DNA of 64,000 nt from an uncultured Actinomycetota bacterium. GTDB lineage: Bacteria; Actinomycetota; Acidimicrobiia; Acidimicrobiales; Bog-793. Below are positions 42,910 to 52,317 of the stretch, one piece after another. Position 1 is the first letter of the stretch. The number at the start of each line of letters is the position of its first letter. A program made the translations under genes and the position numbers. The stretch lies in NCBI GenBank assembly GCA_963735115.1, contig CAVTJR010000003.1, forward strand, positions 1,096,641 to 1,160,640, written 5' to 3'. Below the pieces are notes generated by a model, which was given only the letters and a program-made list of their open reading frames with translations, had not been told where the DNA came from and searched no databases.

Positions 42910-44289
42910 TCAGGTCGGCGCGGTCGCTGGCGTGTCCCCGCCCGTCGCGAAGCGGGCGTGGCGTCCGCCTCCGCTGGCGCGAGCCTGGGTCATCGCCTCG
43001 TAGGCCTCGCGCAGGAGCTCGTCGGCCGGGGTGCTACTCGCCTCCGCCCAGGCGATCCCGATGCTGGCGCTCGGCCGCAGCTCTTTGCCGCCGAGCGAGA
43101 GCGGTGCCGAGAGGGTTTCGAGCACCCGGTCGGCGATCATCTCGGCGTCGGCGACGTCCTTCAAATCCTCCGCCACGATGACGAACTGCTCCTCGTCGTA
43201 GCGTGCCACCGTGTCGCTCGCCCGGATGGCGACCGAGAGGCGCCGGGAGACGCCCAAGAGGAGCTCGTCCTCCGCCTCGGGGGGCAGGTCCCTCGTCATG
43301 GCCCGGCTCTCGTCGAGGTCGAGGAGCATGACCGACACCTTCGTCACGCGCCGCGACATCCGAGAGAGCGCAAGGGCGAGGCGATCGCCCAGCAGGGCGC
43401 GGTTCGGCAGCTTTGTGAGGGGGTCGACGAAGCCGTGACCGGCGAAACGGGCTTCCGTCTCCTTGCGGGGACCGATGTCGCGCACGAGCACCTGCAGCTG
43501 GAACCGTCCGCCCAGCTCGAACTGCAGCACGGAGACCTCGACGGGGAAGCGCCGTCCGTTCCGGTCCATACCGATCATCTCGAAGGACCGTTCCAGCAGG
43601 TTCGCCACATCCCCGGCGGCGGCGCGGTAGAAGCGGCCGAGGTAGCGCTCGCGATCCTCCGGGGGGATGAGCAGGTTGGCGACCTCGCGCCCGAGTGCCT
43701 CGCCGGCGGACCAGCCGAACAGGTGGGCGGCAGACGGGTTCCAGGCCGTGATGCGGTCGTCCGGCGCGATGGCGAAAATCGCATCGCTCGCCAACTCGAC
43801 CGTCTTTCGGAACAGGACCTCGCTCTCGCGGCGGGCGTCGTCGGCCGAGTGGCGGGCCGACACGTCGCGGAAGTGGCCGACGATGCCGCGGATGAGCGGC
43901 TCGTCTCTCAGGTCCGTGAGGGTGAACTCGTACCACACCCAGCTCCCATCGGCCCGGCAGAGCCGCCACTCCCGCGTGATGGAGCTGCCGGCCGAGATGG
44001 CCGTGACGACGTCCTCGAGATCAGCGGCGAGGTCGTCCGGGTGCACGAAGTCGAAGCCCTGCGTGCCTACGAGCTCGTCGGCGCGATAACCCGAGACCGC
44101 CTCCATCGACGGGGTTACGTAGAGGATCGTTCCGTCGCTGTCGAACACCATGGCGATGTCGGTCGAGTGCAGCACCAACGCCTCGTATTGCTCCTCACCG
44201 CGCGGCACGAGACGCATGCTAATTGTCGGCCCCTCCGGACGGTCAGCTTTCGCCTGCGGAGCGTCCGAGGGGGGCGGCGCCTGCGGCAT
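42910..44289 (-). CDS. PAS-PAS-GGDEF protein with fully degenerate active site (YDEEQF), I-site RxxD retained
   Basis: Two PAS modules. DPLTKLPNRALL then RASDTVARYDEEQFVIV. Start is 44289 or 44217. The upstream 260 codons of the track ORF are shadow over the MOSC gene. Confidence 0.8.
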   Translation of the reverse strand: MPQAPPPSDAPQAKADRPEGPTISMRLVPRGEEQYEALVLHSTDIAMVFDSDGTILYVTPSMEAVSGYRADELVGTQGFDFVHPDDLAADLEDVVTAISAGSSITREWRLCRADGSWVWYEFTLTDLRDEPLIRGIVGHFRDVSARHSADDARRESEVLFRKTVELASDAIFAIAPDDRITAWNPSAAHLFGWSAGEALGREVANLLIPPEDRERYLGRFYRAAAGDVANLLERSFEMIGMDRNGRRFPVEVSVLQFELGGRFQLQVLVRDIGPRKETEARFAGHGFVDPLTKLPNRALLGDRLALALSRMSRRVTKVSVMLLDLDESRAMTRDLPPEAEDELLLGVSRRLSVAIRASDTVARYDEEQFVIVAEDLKDVADAEMIADRVLETLSAPLSLGGKELRPSASIGIAWAEASSTPADELLREAYEAMTQARASGGGRHARFATGGDTPATAPT

Positions 44290-44334
44290 GATGGAGGCAT
44301 CGGGCACGCCACGACGGAGGAGCTGACAACGGGG

Positions 44335-44862
44335 ATGGACGAGGTCCGGCGGTCGCCCGCCGACGGCGGGCGCGTGCAGCTGCTCGTGCGCCGCCCGGCC
44401 GTCGACGAGCGGGAGACGCCGGCGGAGGTGGTGCTGGACCGCGTTGAAGGCGTCGTGGGGGACAATTGGCGCTCGCGGGGCAACAGCCACAGCCCGGACG
44501 GGTCGGCCAACCCCGAAGAGCAGGTCACGGTGATGAATGCTCGGGTGGCGGCCCTCGTCTCCGGCGGCGACGACGAGCGCTGGCAGCTCGCCGGCGACCA
44601 GATCTACGCCGACCTCGACCTGAGCGTGTCGAACCTGCCGCCCGGGACCCGCCTGCGGATCGGCACGGCCGTGCTCGAGATCTCCGCCCGGCCGCACACC
44701 GGTTGCTCGAAGTTCGCCGCCCGCTTCGGGCCCGAGGCGACGCGTCTCGTGAACTCGCCGGAGGGGCGCCAGCTCCGTCTCCGAGGGGTCAACTGCCGCG
44801 TCATCGCCGGGGGAGTTGTCCGGCTGGGCGACACCATCACGAAGGAGCCTGATCCGAAGTGA
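44335..44862 (+). CDS. MOSC-domain protein (YiiM-like)
   Basis: ..VMNARV..GDQIYADLDLS..PGTRLRIGTAVLEISARPHTGCSKF. GGAGGAG upstream of ATG 44335. Confidence 0.75.
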   Translation: MDEVRRSPADGGRVQLLVRRPAVDERETPAEVVLDRVEGVVGDNWRSRGNSHSPDGSANPEEQVTVMNARVAALVSGGDDERWQLAGDQIYADLDLSVSNLPPGTRLRIGTAVLEISARPHTGCSKFAARFGPEATRLVNSPEGRQLRLRGVNCRVIAGGVVRLGDTITKEPDPK

Positions 44863-45647
44863 CCCGGACCGACGAGGACGTAGCCCTCCTCGAGGGCCTC
44901 TTGGCGCAGCTGGCGGAAGAGGGATACGCCACCGTGGAGGGTTTCTTGTCGCCGCAGCAGGTGGCGGCGGCCCGCTCCGACCTCGAAGCCATCCTGCAAT
45001 CGACGCCGTACGGCCGCAACGACTTCGAGGGCCATCAGACGCGTCGTGTGTATGCCCTCTTTGCAAAGACCCGCACCTTCGACGCCGTCGCCGTCCACCC
45101 GCTCATCCTTGGCGTGCTCGACAAGGTGCTGGGCGAGTACCACCTGAGCGCCCCCGTGGGCATCTGCATCGGGCCCGGCAACCCCGCCCAGGCGCTTCAT
45201 CCTGACGACGGCACCTACCCGATCGCCCGACCGCACGCAGAGCTGGTCGTCAACATCATGCTGCCCCTCGTGGACTTCACGGCCGAGAACGGCGCCACGA
45301 GGATCGTCCCCGGCAGCCATCGCTGGCTGGACCGCCGCCCGGCGCCGGACGAGGTGACCGTGGCGCCGCCCCTCAAGGCCGGCAGCGCCCTGTTCTTCCT
45401 CGGGAGCCTCTGGCACGGCGGCGGCGCCAACGAGACCGGCGTCGACCGACTCGGCGTCATCCTCCACTACAGCGCCGCCTGGCTGCGACCCGTCGAGAAC
45501 CACGTGCTCGCCGTGCCGGCGGAGGTCGTGTGCCGGCTCGAGCCCCGCCTGCAGGAGCTGCTCGGTTACAACATCGCCTCGCCCTTCACGGGCTACGTGG
45601 ACGGCCGGCACCCTCGCCGGTTGCTGGAGGGCCGGGCGTCCGTCTAG
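44859..45647 (+). CDS. phytanoyl-CoA dioxygenase (PhyH) family Fe(II)/2-oxoglutarate oxygenase
   Basis: ALHPDDG, GATRIVPGSH, GSLWHGGGAN. GTGA overlap with the MOSC gene. Confidence 0.8.
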   Translation: MTRTDEDVALLEGLLAQLAEEGYATVEGFLSPQQVAAARSDLEAILQSTPYGRNDFEGHQTRRVYALFAKTRTFDAVAVHPLILGVLDKVLGEYHLSAPVGICIGPGNPAQALHPDDGTYPIARPHAELVVNIMLPLVDFTAENGATRIVPGSHRWLDRRPAPDEVTVAPPLKAGSALFFLGSLWHGGGANETGVDRLGVILHYSAAWLRPVENHVLAVPAEVVCRLEPRLQELLGYNIASPFTGYVDGRHPRRLLEGRASV

Positions 45648-45662
45648 CGGACGCTGCCCTCG

Positions 45663-46475
45663 TCAGGCTCCTGGGTGCGTGCGAAGGAGCGGGCGCAGGG
45701 CGGGAGGGATCTCCATCGGCCGCCACGCCCCGGTCGCCTGTGCGAGGCGGTCGGCGATCGCCCAGAGGGCGGCAGGGTGGTGACCGAGCCCGCAATGGCT
45801 GCCGGTCACCTCGAGCGTCTCGTGCGGCCCGCCGATGGTGTCGAGACACGCTCGCCAGGGCACGACCCCGTCCGTCCTCGAGAAGATGGAGGTGGAGGGC
45901 ACCGGCAGGGGGACGTCACCAGCCGAGAAACGAGGCCGCTCGACGCGGCCACGCGCCGCCATCGCCCGCATGACGGGTGCGGTCACGCTCTCCTCGCCCT
46001 CCACGCGGCGAAAAGGGCTCCCGAGGGTGACGACGAGCCGGACCCAGTCGGGCGCCTGCCGGGCGATCTGGCGTGCGTAGATGCCTCCGAGGCTCCAACC
46101 CACGATGCTCGTGGGACGCCCATCTTGTATGCGCAGGTCGGACAGGCGGTCGCGCAGACGCAGCATCAGCTCCGGAGTGGGCAGGTTGCGTCCGAGCTGG
46201 AAGCCGATGACGTCGTAGCCGAGACTTCCTAGGAACGAGCGCATCGGCCCGGTGGAGCGGTCACTCGCCATCAAGCCCGGTAGCACGAGCACCGGATGGC
46301 CATCTCCCCTCGGTGCGCGGGCGAGCATCCGTCGGGAGGCGCCGAACCAAGCGAGCTCGGCAACGGCGCGAGGAGCCTCGCCGGCGACAAGGAGCGGGTG
46401 CGGGCGCCGCGCTCGCACGGAGCCGCCGCTCGAATCGCTCGGGCCCGCCCCATCGGTCATCTGCGGTGAGACCAT
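45663..46475 (-). CDS. alpha/beta hydrolase
   Basis: HPVLVLPG and elbow VGWSLGG. Start trimmed to ATG 46475 so as not to overlap the divergent gene. Confidence 0.75.
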   Translation of the reverse strand: MVSPQMTDGAGPSDSSGGSVRARRPHPLLVAGEAPRAVAELAWFGASRRMLARAPRGDGHPVLVLPGLMASDRSTGPMRSFLGSLGYDVIGFQLGRNLPTPELMLRLRDRLSDLRIQDGRPTSIVGWSLGGIYARQIARQAPDWVRLVVTLGSPFRRVEGEESVTAPVMRAMAARGRVERPRFSAGDVPLPVPSTSIFSRTDGVVPWRACLDTIGGPHETLEVTGSHCGLGHHPAALWAIADRLAQATGAWRPMEIPPALRPLLRTHPGA

Positions 46476-46549
46476 GTGCCTCGAACTGTACCGTGGAGCT
46501 GGGCAAGCGTGCCCCTTACGACGACGAGGAGCAGGTGGCTGTGGAGCGG

Positions 46550-47932
46550 ATGAGCCCTCTCGATGCAACGTTTCTCCACGTGGAAGATGACGTCACTCAC
46601 ATGCATATCGCCTCCACGCTGATCTTCGAGGGCCCGGCGCCCCGCTACGAGGACTTTCTTTCGATGATCGAGGGCAAGCTCCCCCTCGTCGAGAAGTACC
46701 GCAAGGTCGTGCAGTTCGTGCCGCTCAACCTCGGGCGGCCGGTGTGGGTGGACGACACCCACTTCAACCTCGAGTATCACGTCCGCCACACCGCCCTGCC
46801 CCCACCTGGAGGCGCCACCGAGCTGCGTCGCCTCATCGGGCGCGTCATGAGCCAGCAGCTGGATCGCAACCGGCCTCTCTGGGAGCTCTGGATGGTCGAG
46901 GGGCTCGACGACGGCGGCTGGGCGATCATGTCGAAGGTGCACCATTGCATGGTCGATGGCGTCTCGGGCACCGAGCTGCTCACGGTCGTGCTCGACGCCG
47001 ACCCCGACCCGACCCGCCCCGTGCCCGCTCCGTGGTCGCCGACCGAATCACCCTCCGGCATGGAGCTCGCCGTCGAGGCCGTTGCGGCCATGGCGGTGAG
47101 CCCCTTCGAGCAGATGCGGGCCGTGCGGGCTGCCACCCGCGTCCCCCGCCACGCCCTCGAGCAGCTGCGCCAGGCCGGCAAGGGCCTCGCCGGGCTCTCC
47201 GGCGTCATCCGCCCCACGGTGGCCTCCAGCCTCAATGGGCCGATCGGGCCGCACCGCCGCTACGACTGGGCGGCGACGTCGGTCGACGACATCAAGCGGG
47301 TCCGCAAGGGCCTAGGCGGCTCCTTCAACGACGTCGTGTTGGCAGCCATCACGGGTGGCTTCCGCGCCCTGCTCGAGTCGCGGGGCGAGCCGCTCGAGCG
47401 CGTGCTGCGCACGATGGTGCCCGTCTCGGTGCGACCCCGCGACGAGCGCGGTATCGCCGTCGGCGACGGCAGCCTCGCCAACAAGGTGTCGGCCATGTTC
47501 GCCGAGCTGCCCGTGGCGCTCTCTGACCCGGTCGAGCGACTGCATGCCGTCAGCGCCCAGCTGGCCAACCTGAAGGAGTCCCGCCAGGCCGTGGCGGGGG
47601 AGGCGCTGACGTCGCTGTCCGGTTTCGCCCCGCCGGCGCTGCTCGCCCTCGGCGCCCGCATCGCCACGAAGACGGCGCAGCGGAACATCAACACCGTGAC
47701 GACGAACGTCCCCGGTCCGCAGATCCCCCTCTACGTCCTCGGGCGGCGCATGCTGGCTGCCTACCCATACGTGCCTCTGGCCGGCCAGATTCGCATCGGC
47801 ATAGCCATCTTCTCCTACGACGGCAGCGTCACCTTCGGCGTCACTGGCGACTACGACGCCGCTCCCGACATCGAGATCCTCTGCCGAGGCATCGAGGAGG
47901 AGATGCGCACCCTCGTGGCCCTGGCGGCGTGA
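46550..47932 (+). CDS. wax ester synthase/diacylglycerol acyltransferase (WS/DGAT)
   Basis: MSPLDATFLHVED and active site HHCMVDGVSG. C-terminal NVPGP. Confidence 0.85.
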   Translation: MSPLDATFLHVEDDVTHMHIASTLIFEGPAPRYEDFLSMIEGKLPLVEKYRKVVQFVPLNLGRPVWVDDTHFNLEYHVRHTALPPPGGATELRRLIGRVMSQQLDRNRPLWELWMVEGLDDGGWAIMSKVHHCMVDGVSGTELLTVVLDADPDPTRPVPAPWSPTESPSGMELAVEAVAAMAVSPFEQMRAVRAATRVPRHALEQLRQAGKGLAGLSGVIRPTVASSLNGPIGPHRRYDWAATSVDDIKRVRKGLGGSFNDVVLAAITGGFRALLESRGEPLERVLRTMVPVSVRPRDERGIAVGDGSLANKVSAMFAELPVALSDPVERLHAVSAQLANLKESRQAVAGEALTSLSGFAPPALLALGARIATKTAQRNINTVTTNVPGPQIPLYVLGRRMLAAYPYVPLAGQIRIGIAIFSYDGSVTFGVTGDYDAAPDIEILCRGIEEEMRTLVALAA

Positions 47933-47938
47933 TCGTTC

Positions 47939-49219
47939 CTACGGCAGGCTGATGACGCCGGCGGGCGAGATGCGAGCGGCGCTGGCGCCGAAGTCCTGCA
48001 GCGAGAGCTGGCTCACGAAGCCGACACCGCCACCGCCGGGCACGGGTTGTCCTTCGGCTGCGAACTGGATCGGGAAGATTCGACCGCCCTCGAAGACGCC
48101 CGTGGACGACAGAGTCACGTGCAGGATCACGCTCATGTCGAGGTCGCCGTCGGTGGAGAAGTTCTCGTAGCTGGCGAAATTGCCGAGGCTGTAGGCGCAG
48201 AGGTGCCCTTTGTAGAACTGCATGCCACGATCAACGTGCGGCCCGCTGGCGACGACGAGGCTGGCGCCGGCGTTGATCGCCATGTGGGCGAAGGCCTCCG
48301 GGTTCCCGCGATCCTCCCCGAGGTAGGACTCCTCTTGACCGGAGACGTGGTCGGCATTGGGCCCTTCGGCACCGGCGTGCATGTAGACGACGACGAGCCT
48401 CGCCTCCCGGCGCGCTTTCTCGATGAGGGCTTTGGCGGCCGGCAGGTCGAGCAGGTTGGCGTCGTAGCTGTAGGGCGCAAAGGCGAGAAACGCCACCCTG
48501 ACGCCGTTCGCCCTCACGAGGGTGATCTCGCCCGGCAGCCCGCTCTGGGCGAGGCCGGCGGCACGGATCACCGCCACGGTCTGCGCCTGTCCGGCAGCAC
48601 CGAAGTCGTAGGAGTGGTTGTTGGCGTTGTTCAGGATCGTGAAGCCGGCGTCCTTGTAGTACTGGATGTAGCCCGGCGGGTCCCGGAAGGCGAAGCAGAC
48701 CGGCGGTCGGCTGCCGGTGCCGCACTTGCTCGTGGAGGCGGTCGTGAGGTCGCCTTCGAGGTTGCCGAAGACGATGTTTGCGCCAGAGACGAGCTCGGGC
48801 TTGACGGCGTCCAGGTAGGAGGCCGGGTTGGGCGGCAGTACGGGCGTGTTGCCGAGCATCGTGTCGCCGACGGCGGCGATCGTCACGAGCACCGGCTTTC
48901 TGGCCCGCGGTCGGGTGGTCGTGGTCGAACTGGAGCTCGAGCTGGCGCCCGGGCTCGAGGCGGGCGACGTCGGCGTGCTCCTTCCGGCCTTGGTGGCAGG
49001 GCCTCTCGCAACCGGGTGATCGTGGCCGCCGAGGATGACGGCGCCTACGATGGCCGCCGCCACGAGGCACGCCGCAAGGAAAAACGCCGCCAGGCGTCTC
49101 GGACCTGCCAGTGCCGCAGCCGGCCCTGAGGGGGTTGGGCGATGGGCGATGGCTCGACGATAGGCGACCAGGAGCGGTTCGATGCGGATTTCGGCGGGTG
49201 ATGGCAGTGTGCTGACCAC
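47939..49219 (-). CDS. CapA-family (PGA_cap metallophosphatase-like) membrane-anchored protein
   Basis: TM anchor, AAVGDTMLGN, GNLEGDLT, NNANNHSYDFG, VVYMHAGAEG. Start is uncertain (GTG 49219 chosen). Confidence 0.75.
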   Translation of the reverse strand: MVSTLPSPAEIRIEPLLVAYRRAIAHRPTPSGPAAALAGPRRLAAFFLAACLVAAAIVGAVILGGHDHPVARGPATKAGRSTPTSPASSPGASSSSSSTTTTRPRARKPVLVTIAAVGDTMLGNTPVLPPNPASYLDAVKPELVSGANIVFGNLEGDLTTASTSKCGTGSRPPVCFAFRDPPGYIQYYKDAGFTILNNANNHSYDFGAAGQAQTVAVIRAAGLAQSGLPGEITLVRANGVRVAFLAFAPYSYDANLLDLPAAKALIEKARREARLVVVYMHAGAEGPNADHVSGQEESYLGEDRGNPEAFAHMAINAGASLVVASGPHVDRGMQFYKGHLCAYSLGNFASYENFSTDGDLDMSVILHVTLSSTGVFEGGRIFPIQFAAEGQPVPGGGGVGFVSQLSLQDFGASAARISPAGVISLP

Positions 49220-49264
49220 AGATTTGCCCGCAAGGTACCGGCCTCGTCTAGCGTCGTTCCCACC

Positions 49265-50548
49265 GTGACTCGACGTTTTCGCATCGCCGCGCTCGTAGTT
49301 TCGACGGTGGTCGTCCTCGGCCTCGTCGGCGGCATCGTCGCTGTCAACTCCCACAAATCGGACGGCAAGGCGGCGCCTCACTGCGCGCCGGGGGAGTCGT
49401 CGGCGGCCTGTGCGGCCGCCTCGACGAAGGCCCGCAGCACGACATCGGTGACGTCATCGACGGTCGCACGGCGACGGCGCCGGCTTCCGAGGCGCATCGA
49501 CGACGGCTCGCTCGGGAGCCAGGCGACTCGGATCGCCTGCACCTTGCTGAGCCGTGCGCAGATCGCCAAGCAATTCGGGGGCCCCGTGGGGGCGCCCACC
49601 CCGACGTACCCATACTGCCAGTGGCTGGTGGGGCGGAACTCCTTCCTCGCCCTTGCCGTCGAGCCTCACACGTCCTTCAACACCGCCACGCAGTACGTCG
49701 ACACATTGGTGACGGTGAACGGCCTCGGGCAGGAGGCCATCATCGCCAACAACCGCTTCCTGTACTTCACCGAGGGCTCGACGTCGTATTGGTTGCTGTG
49801 GCAAACGCCCGGGGACTTCTCCTCGCTCAATGCACGCCAACTCGTTGCGCTCGGCCGCGAGGTCCTCGCCCACGGGCTGCCGATCGGGCGTGTCGGGCTT
49901 CCCCGCGCCGGCCCGCCCGGCCCGCCCATCTACTTCGCGGGCGACTCCACGGCCGCCGGACCGGAGTGGGCCTGGTGGGCGCTGCACGAGAACTCCACGA
50001 CCACGAGGACCTTGGCCGAGTACCAGGTGGGCACCGGTATGGTCGCATCGTATTTCTTCAACTGGCCGAAGCACCTCCTGGCGGTGGCGGCCGAGCGCCG
50101 GCCCAAGCTCGTCATCTGGATGGGGAGCGCGAACGACGGCCAGGAGCTCCTCGTCGACGGCGCATACCGCCCGGTGGGGAGCCGCCTGTGGGACGTGGCG
50201 TACGGCCAAATGGTCGGGAGCACGATGAGGTCGTTGGTCGACGAGGGCTGCAAGGTGCTCTGGATCGGCGAGCCGGCCATGCAGGATCCCTCTCTCAACG
50301 TCTCCATGCAGCTGATCGATCGCATCTACGCCAAGGAGGCCGCCCACCGCCGGGGTGTCGTCTTCTACAACCCCGGAGCCGTCCTCAACACCCGCGCCGG
50401 CGGGTACGCCGGCAGCCTGTGGATTGACGGGGTGCTCACACCGGTACGGCTCGACGGAATACACCTCAACATCGCCGGCAGCGAGGTGCTCGCCGACGCC
50501 CTTGCTCCCATCATCCACCGGCTGCTCGGCCTGCGGACCGCCCGGTAG
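49265..50548 (+). CDS. membrane-anchored SGNH/GDSL-family hydrolase
   Basis: N-terminal TM, IYFAGDSTAAG (block I) and DGIHLN (block V). Confidence 0.75.
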   Translation: MTRRFRIAALVVSTVVVLGLVGGIVAVNSHKSDGKAAPHCAPGESSAACAAASTKARSTTSVTSSTVARRRRRLPRRIDDGSLGSQATRIACTLLSRAQIAKQFGGPVGAPTPTYPYCQWLVGRNSFLALAVEPHTSFNTATQYVDTLVTVNGLGQEAIIANNRFLYFTEGSTSYWLLWQTPGDFSSLNARQLVALGREVLAHGLPIGRVGLPRAGPPGPPIYFAGDSTAAGPEWAWWALHENSTTTRTLAEYQVGTGMVASYFFNWPKHLLAVAAERRPKLVIWMGSANDGQELLVDGAYRPVGSRLWDVAYGQMVGSTMRSLVDEGCKVLWIGEPAMQDPSLNVSMQLIDRIYAKEAAHRRGVVFYNPGAVLNTRAGGYAGSLWIDGVLTPVRLDGIHLNIAGSEVLADALAPIIHRLLGLRTAR

Positions 50549-50553
50549 GCGTC

Positions 50554-50913
50554 TCAGCGCCGGCGCGAAGACAGCTGCGATGGGCTGGTGCGGCCGTTAC
50601 GTGCCAGTCGGACCCGCACCGGCACACCGCCGAGCGCGACGCCTTCGCTGCGCAGGCGCCTGGCGTGCTCGGCCTCCTGACCGGGCACGAGGCGTCCCGT
50701 CGAGGTGACCACCCGCCACCAGGGAAGCTCGGACCCCTCGCGGGCGAGCAGCGTGCCCACGGCGCGGGCGGCACCCTCATGGCCGGCCTCGCGGGCGACC
50801 TCGCCGTAGGTGACGACTTCGCCAGGCCGGAGGCTTCCGATGACGCCGCGGACCGAGGCGGCAAAGCCCGGCTGGGCACCGGGCGCGGCGGAAAAACGTG
50901 CTCGGTCGTGCAT
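50554..50913 (-). CDS. alkyltransferase-like (ATL) protein: MGMT DNA-binding fold without the acceptor cysteine
   Basis: VVTYGEVA..AARAVG.. and LPWWRVV in place of PCHRV. Confidence 0.75.
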   Translation of the reverse strand: MHDRARFSAAPGAQPGFAASVRGVIGSLRPGEVVTYGEVAREAGHEGAARAVGTLLAREGSELPWWRVVTSTGRLVPGQEAEHARRLRSEGVALGGVPVRVRLARNGRTSPSQLSSRRR

Positions 50914-51008
50914 CGGCGATGAGTGTTTCCTCTGCTGGCCTGTGACGGGAAACCTACCTTCGCTTAGATTGACCGGCATGCAGCTCGAGCAGACGCAGAC
51001 CTGAGACG

Positions 51009-51647
51009 ATGCTCATCCACCGCTGGGACGAGGCCGTCAGCGAGGAGCAGTGGCGTGCGTTCGTGCACGCGCAAGGCTTCGGACACCTCGTGGCCGCCGG
51101 CAAGGACCGGGACTACTCCGTTGTCGTGCCGACGCAATTCGCCCTCACGGTGGGGGAGGGGGGCGAGGACGTCATCCTCATGCACCTTGCCCGCCCGAAC
51201 CCCATCTGGGAGGCGCTGGCGGAGAACCCGCACGTGGTCATGAGCGTCGCCGGCGACTGGGCCTTCATCCCGGCGTCCTGGAAGGCCATCGGCGAGGAGG
51301 ATCCTGCTTGGGGAATCCCGACGACGTACTACGCGGCGGTGCAGTTGCTCGGGACGGCAGAGGTGACGAACGAGGCCGAGGAGAAAGCCGTCATCCTGCG
51401 CCGACAGCTCGGCGCCCTCCCGAAGGACGAGGGCCAGGTCGATCCCATCGAGCACGGCGCCACCCTGGCGGCCATCCGTGGTCTTCGCATCACCGTTCAC
51501 GAAGTCCGTGCCAAGTTCAAATACGGCGGCAACGTCGACGTCGAGCACCGCTTGGCGGTGGAAGCACGCCTGCTGGCCCGCGACGGCCCAGGAGACCGAG
51601 CGGCCGTTCGTCACCTGCGGGAGCGGCTCGAAACCGAAGAGGTCTGA
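51009..51647 (+). CDS. PaiB-like FMN-binding putative transcriptional regulator
   Basis: ..VVPTQFAL..LMHLARPNPIWEAL..KFKYGGN. Confidence 0.7.
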   Translation: MLIHRWDEAVSEEQWRAFVHAQGFGHLVAAGKDRDYSVVVPTQFALTVGEGGEDVILMHLARPNPIWEALAENPHVVMSVAGDWAFIPASWKAIGEEDPAWGIPTTYYAAVQLLGTAEVTNEAEEKAVILRRQLGALPKDEGQVDPIEHGATLAAIRGLRITVHEVRAKFKYGGNVDVEHRLAVEARLLARDGPGDRAAVRHLRERLETEEV

Positions 51648-51652
51648 GCAAG

Positions 51653-52036
51653 GTGCCGGCGGCGGCTCTCTTCCCGGGCGTGCCCTACGAGTACGCCGCC
51701 GTCGTCTCGGACGGCTCGATCATCTTCACGGCCGGAGCCTGCCCGCTCGATGCCGACGGTCAGGTGGTGGGCGAGGGGGACGTCGCCGCCCAAGCCAACG
51801 CCGCCTTCGACAACCTGCTGGCGGTCTTGGCTCAACACGGCGCCTCCGCCGAGGCCCTCGTCCGCACGACGATCTATGTCGTGGGCGGGCGGTCGCAGCT
51901 CCTCGAGGCCTGGGAGACCCTGGCAGGCCGGCTCGCACCCCACCGTCCCCCGAGCACCCTGCTCGGGGTGGCCGCCCTCGGGTACCCCGAGCAGCTCGTG
52001 GAGATCGACGGCATCGCTGCCCTCCGGCCCGAGTGA
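51653..52036 (+). CDS. RidA/YjgF-family enamine/imine deaminase
   Basis: IIFTAGACPLDADGQVVGEGDVAAQANAAFDNL..TTIYV..VEIDGIA. GTG 51653 chosen inside the shadow ORF. Confidence 0.8.
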   Translation: MPAAALFPGVPYEYAAVVSDGSIIFTAGACPLDADGQVVGEGDVAAQANAAFDNLLAVLAQHGASAEALVRTTIYVVGGRSQLLEAWETLAGRLAPHRPPSTLLGVAALGYPEQLVEIDGIAALRPE

Positions 52037-52317
52037 TCGCCGAGTCGCGCCCCTTCGATGCCAAAGCCGCGATGGGACGGCTCTGTCTCGCCGTCGCGCA
52101 AGCTCCCGAAGAACATCGCGCTGCGGTTCCAGGATGGCAACAACCTGGTGATCTTCCGGCGGGGCGCTGGTGGTCCCTCGACGGCGCAATTCATCTCGGT
52201 CGCCACAGGAACCTGCGCGGAGATCTCGATGTGCCGCTTTTGATCCTGTTGGCTTGGAACCTGGTGGTGGCGAACCCGCCCTGTCATTAGGCGAGCGGCA
52301 GCACCACCGTCATCTGC

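Noticed and set aside
42958-44334. N-terminal 459 codons of the 634-aa + strand ORF, and likewise the N-terminal ~260 codons of the 718-aa - strand ORF (44290-45066)
   Set aside because: Each is antisense to a well-supported gene (PAS-GGDEF, MOSC/PhyH). Only the C-terminal MOSC part and the PAS-GGDEF part have recognisable domains and plausible RBS/start sites.
52058-52243. 61-codon ORF in the 280-bp gap after ridA, with fairly high GC3 (MPKPRWDGS..NIALRFQDGNNLVIFRRGAGG..)
   Set aside because: No RBS, no recognisable motif and no partner genes. It may be real or a gene remnant, but I cannot support it.
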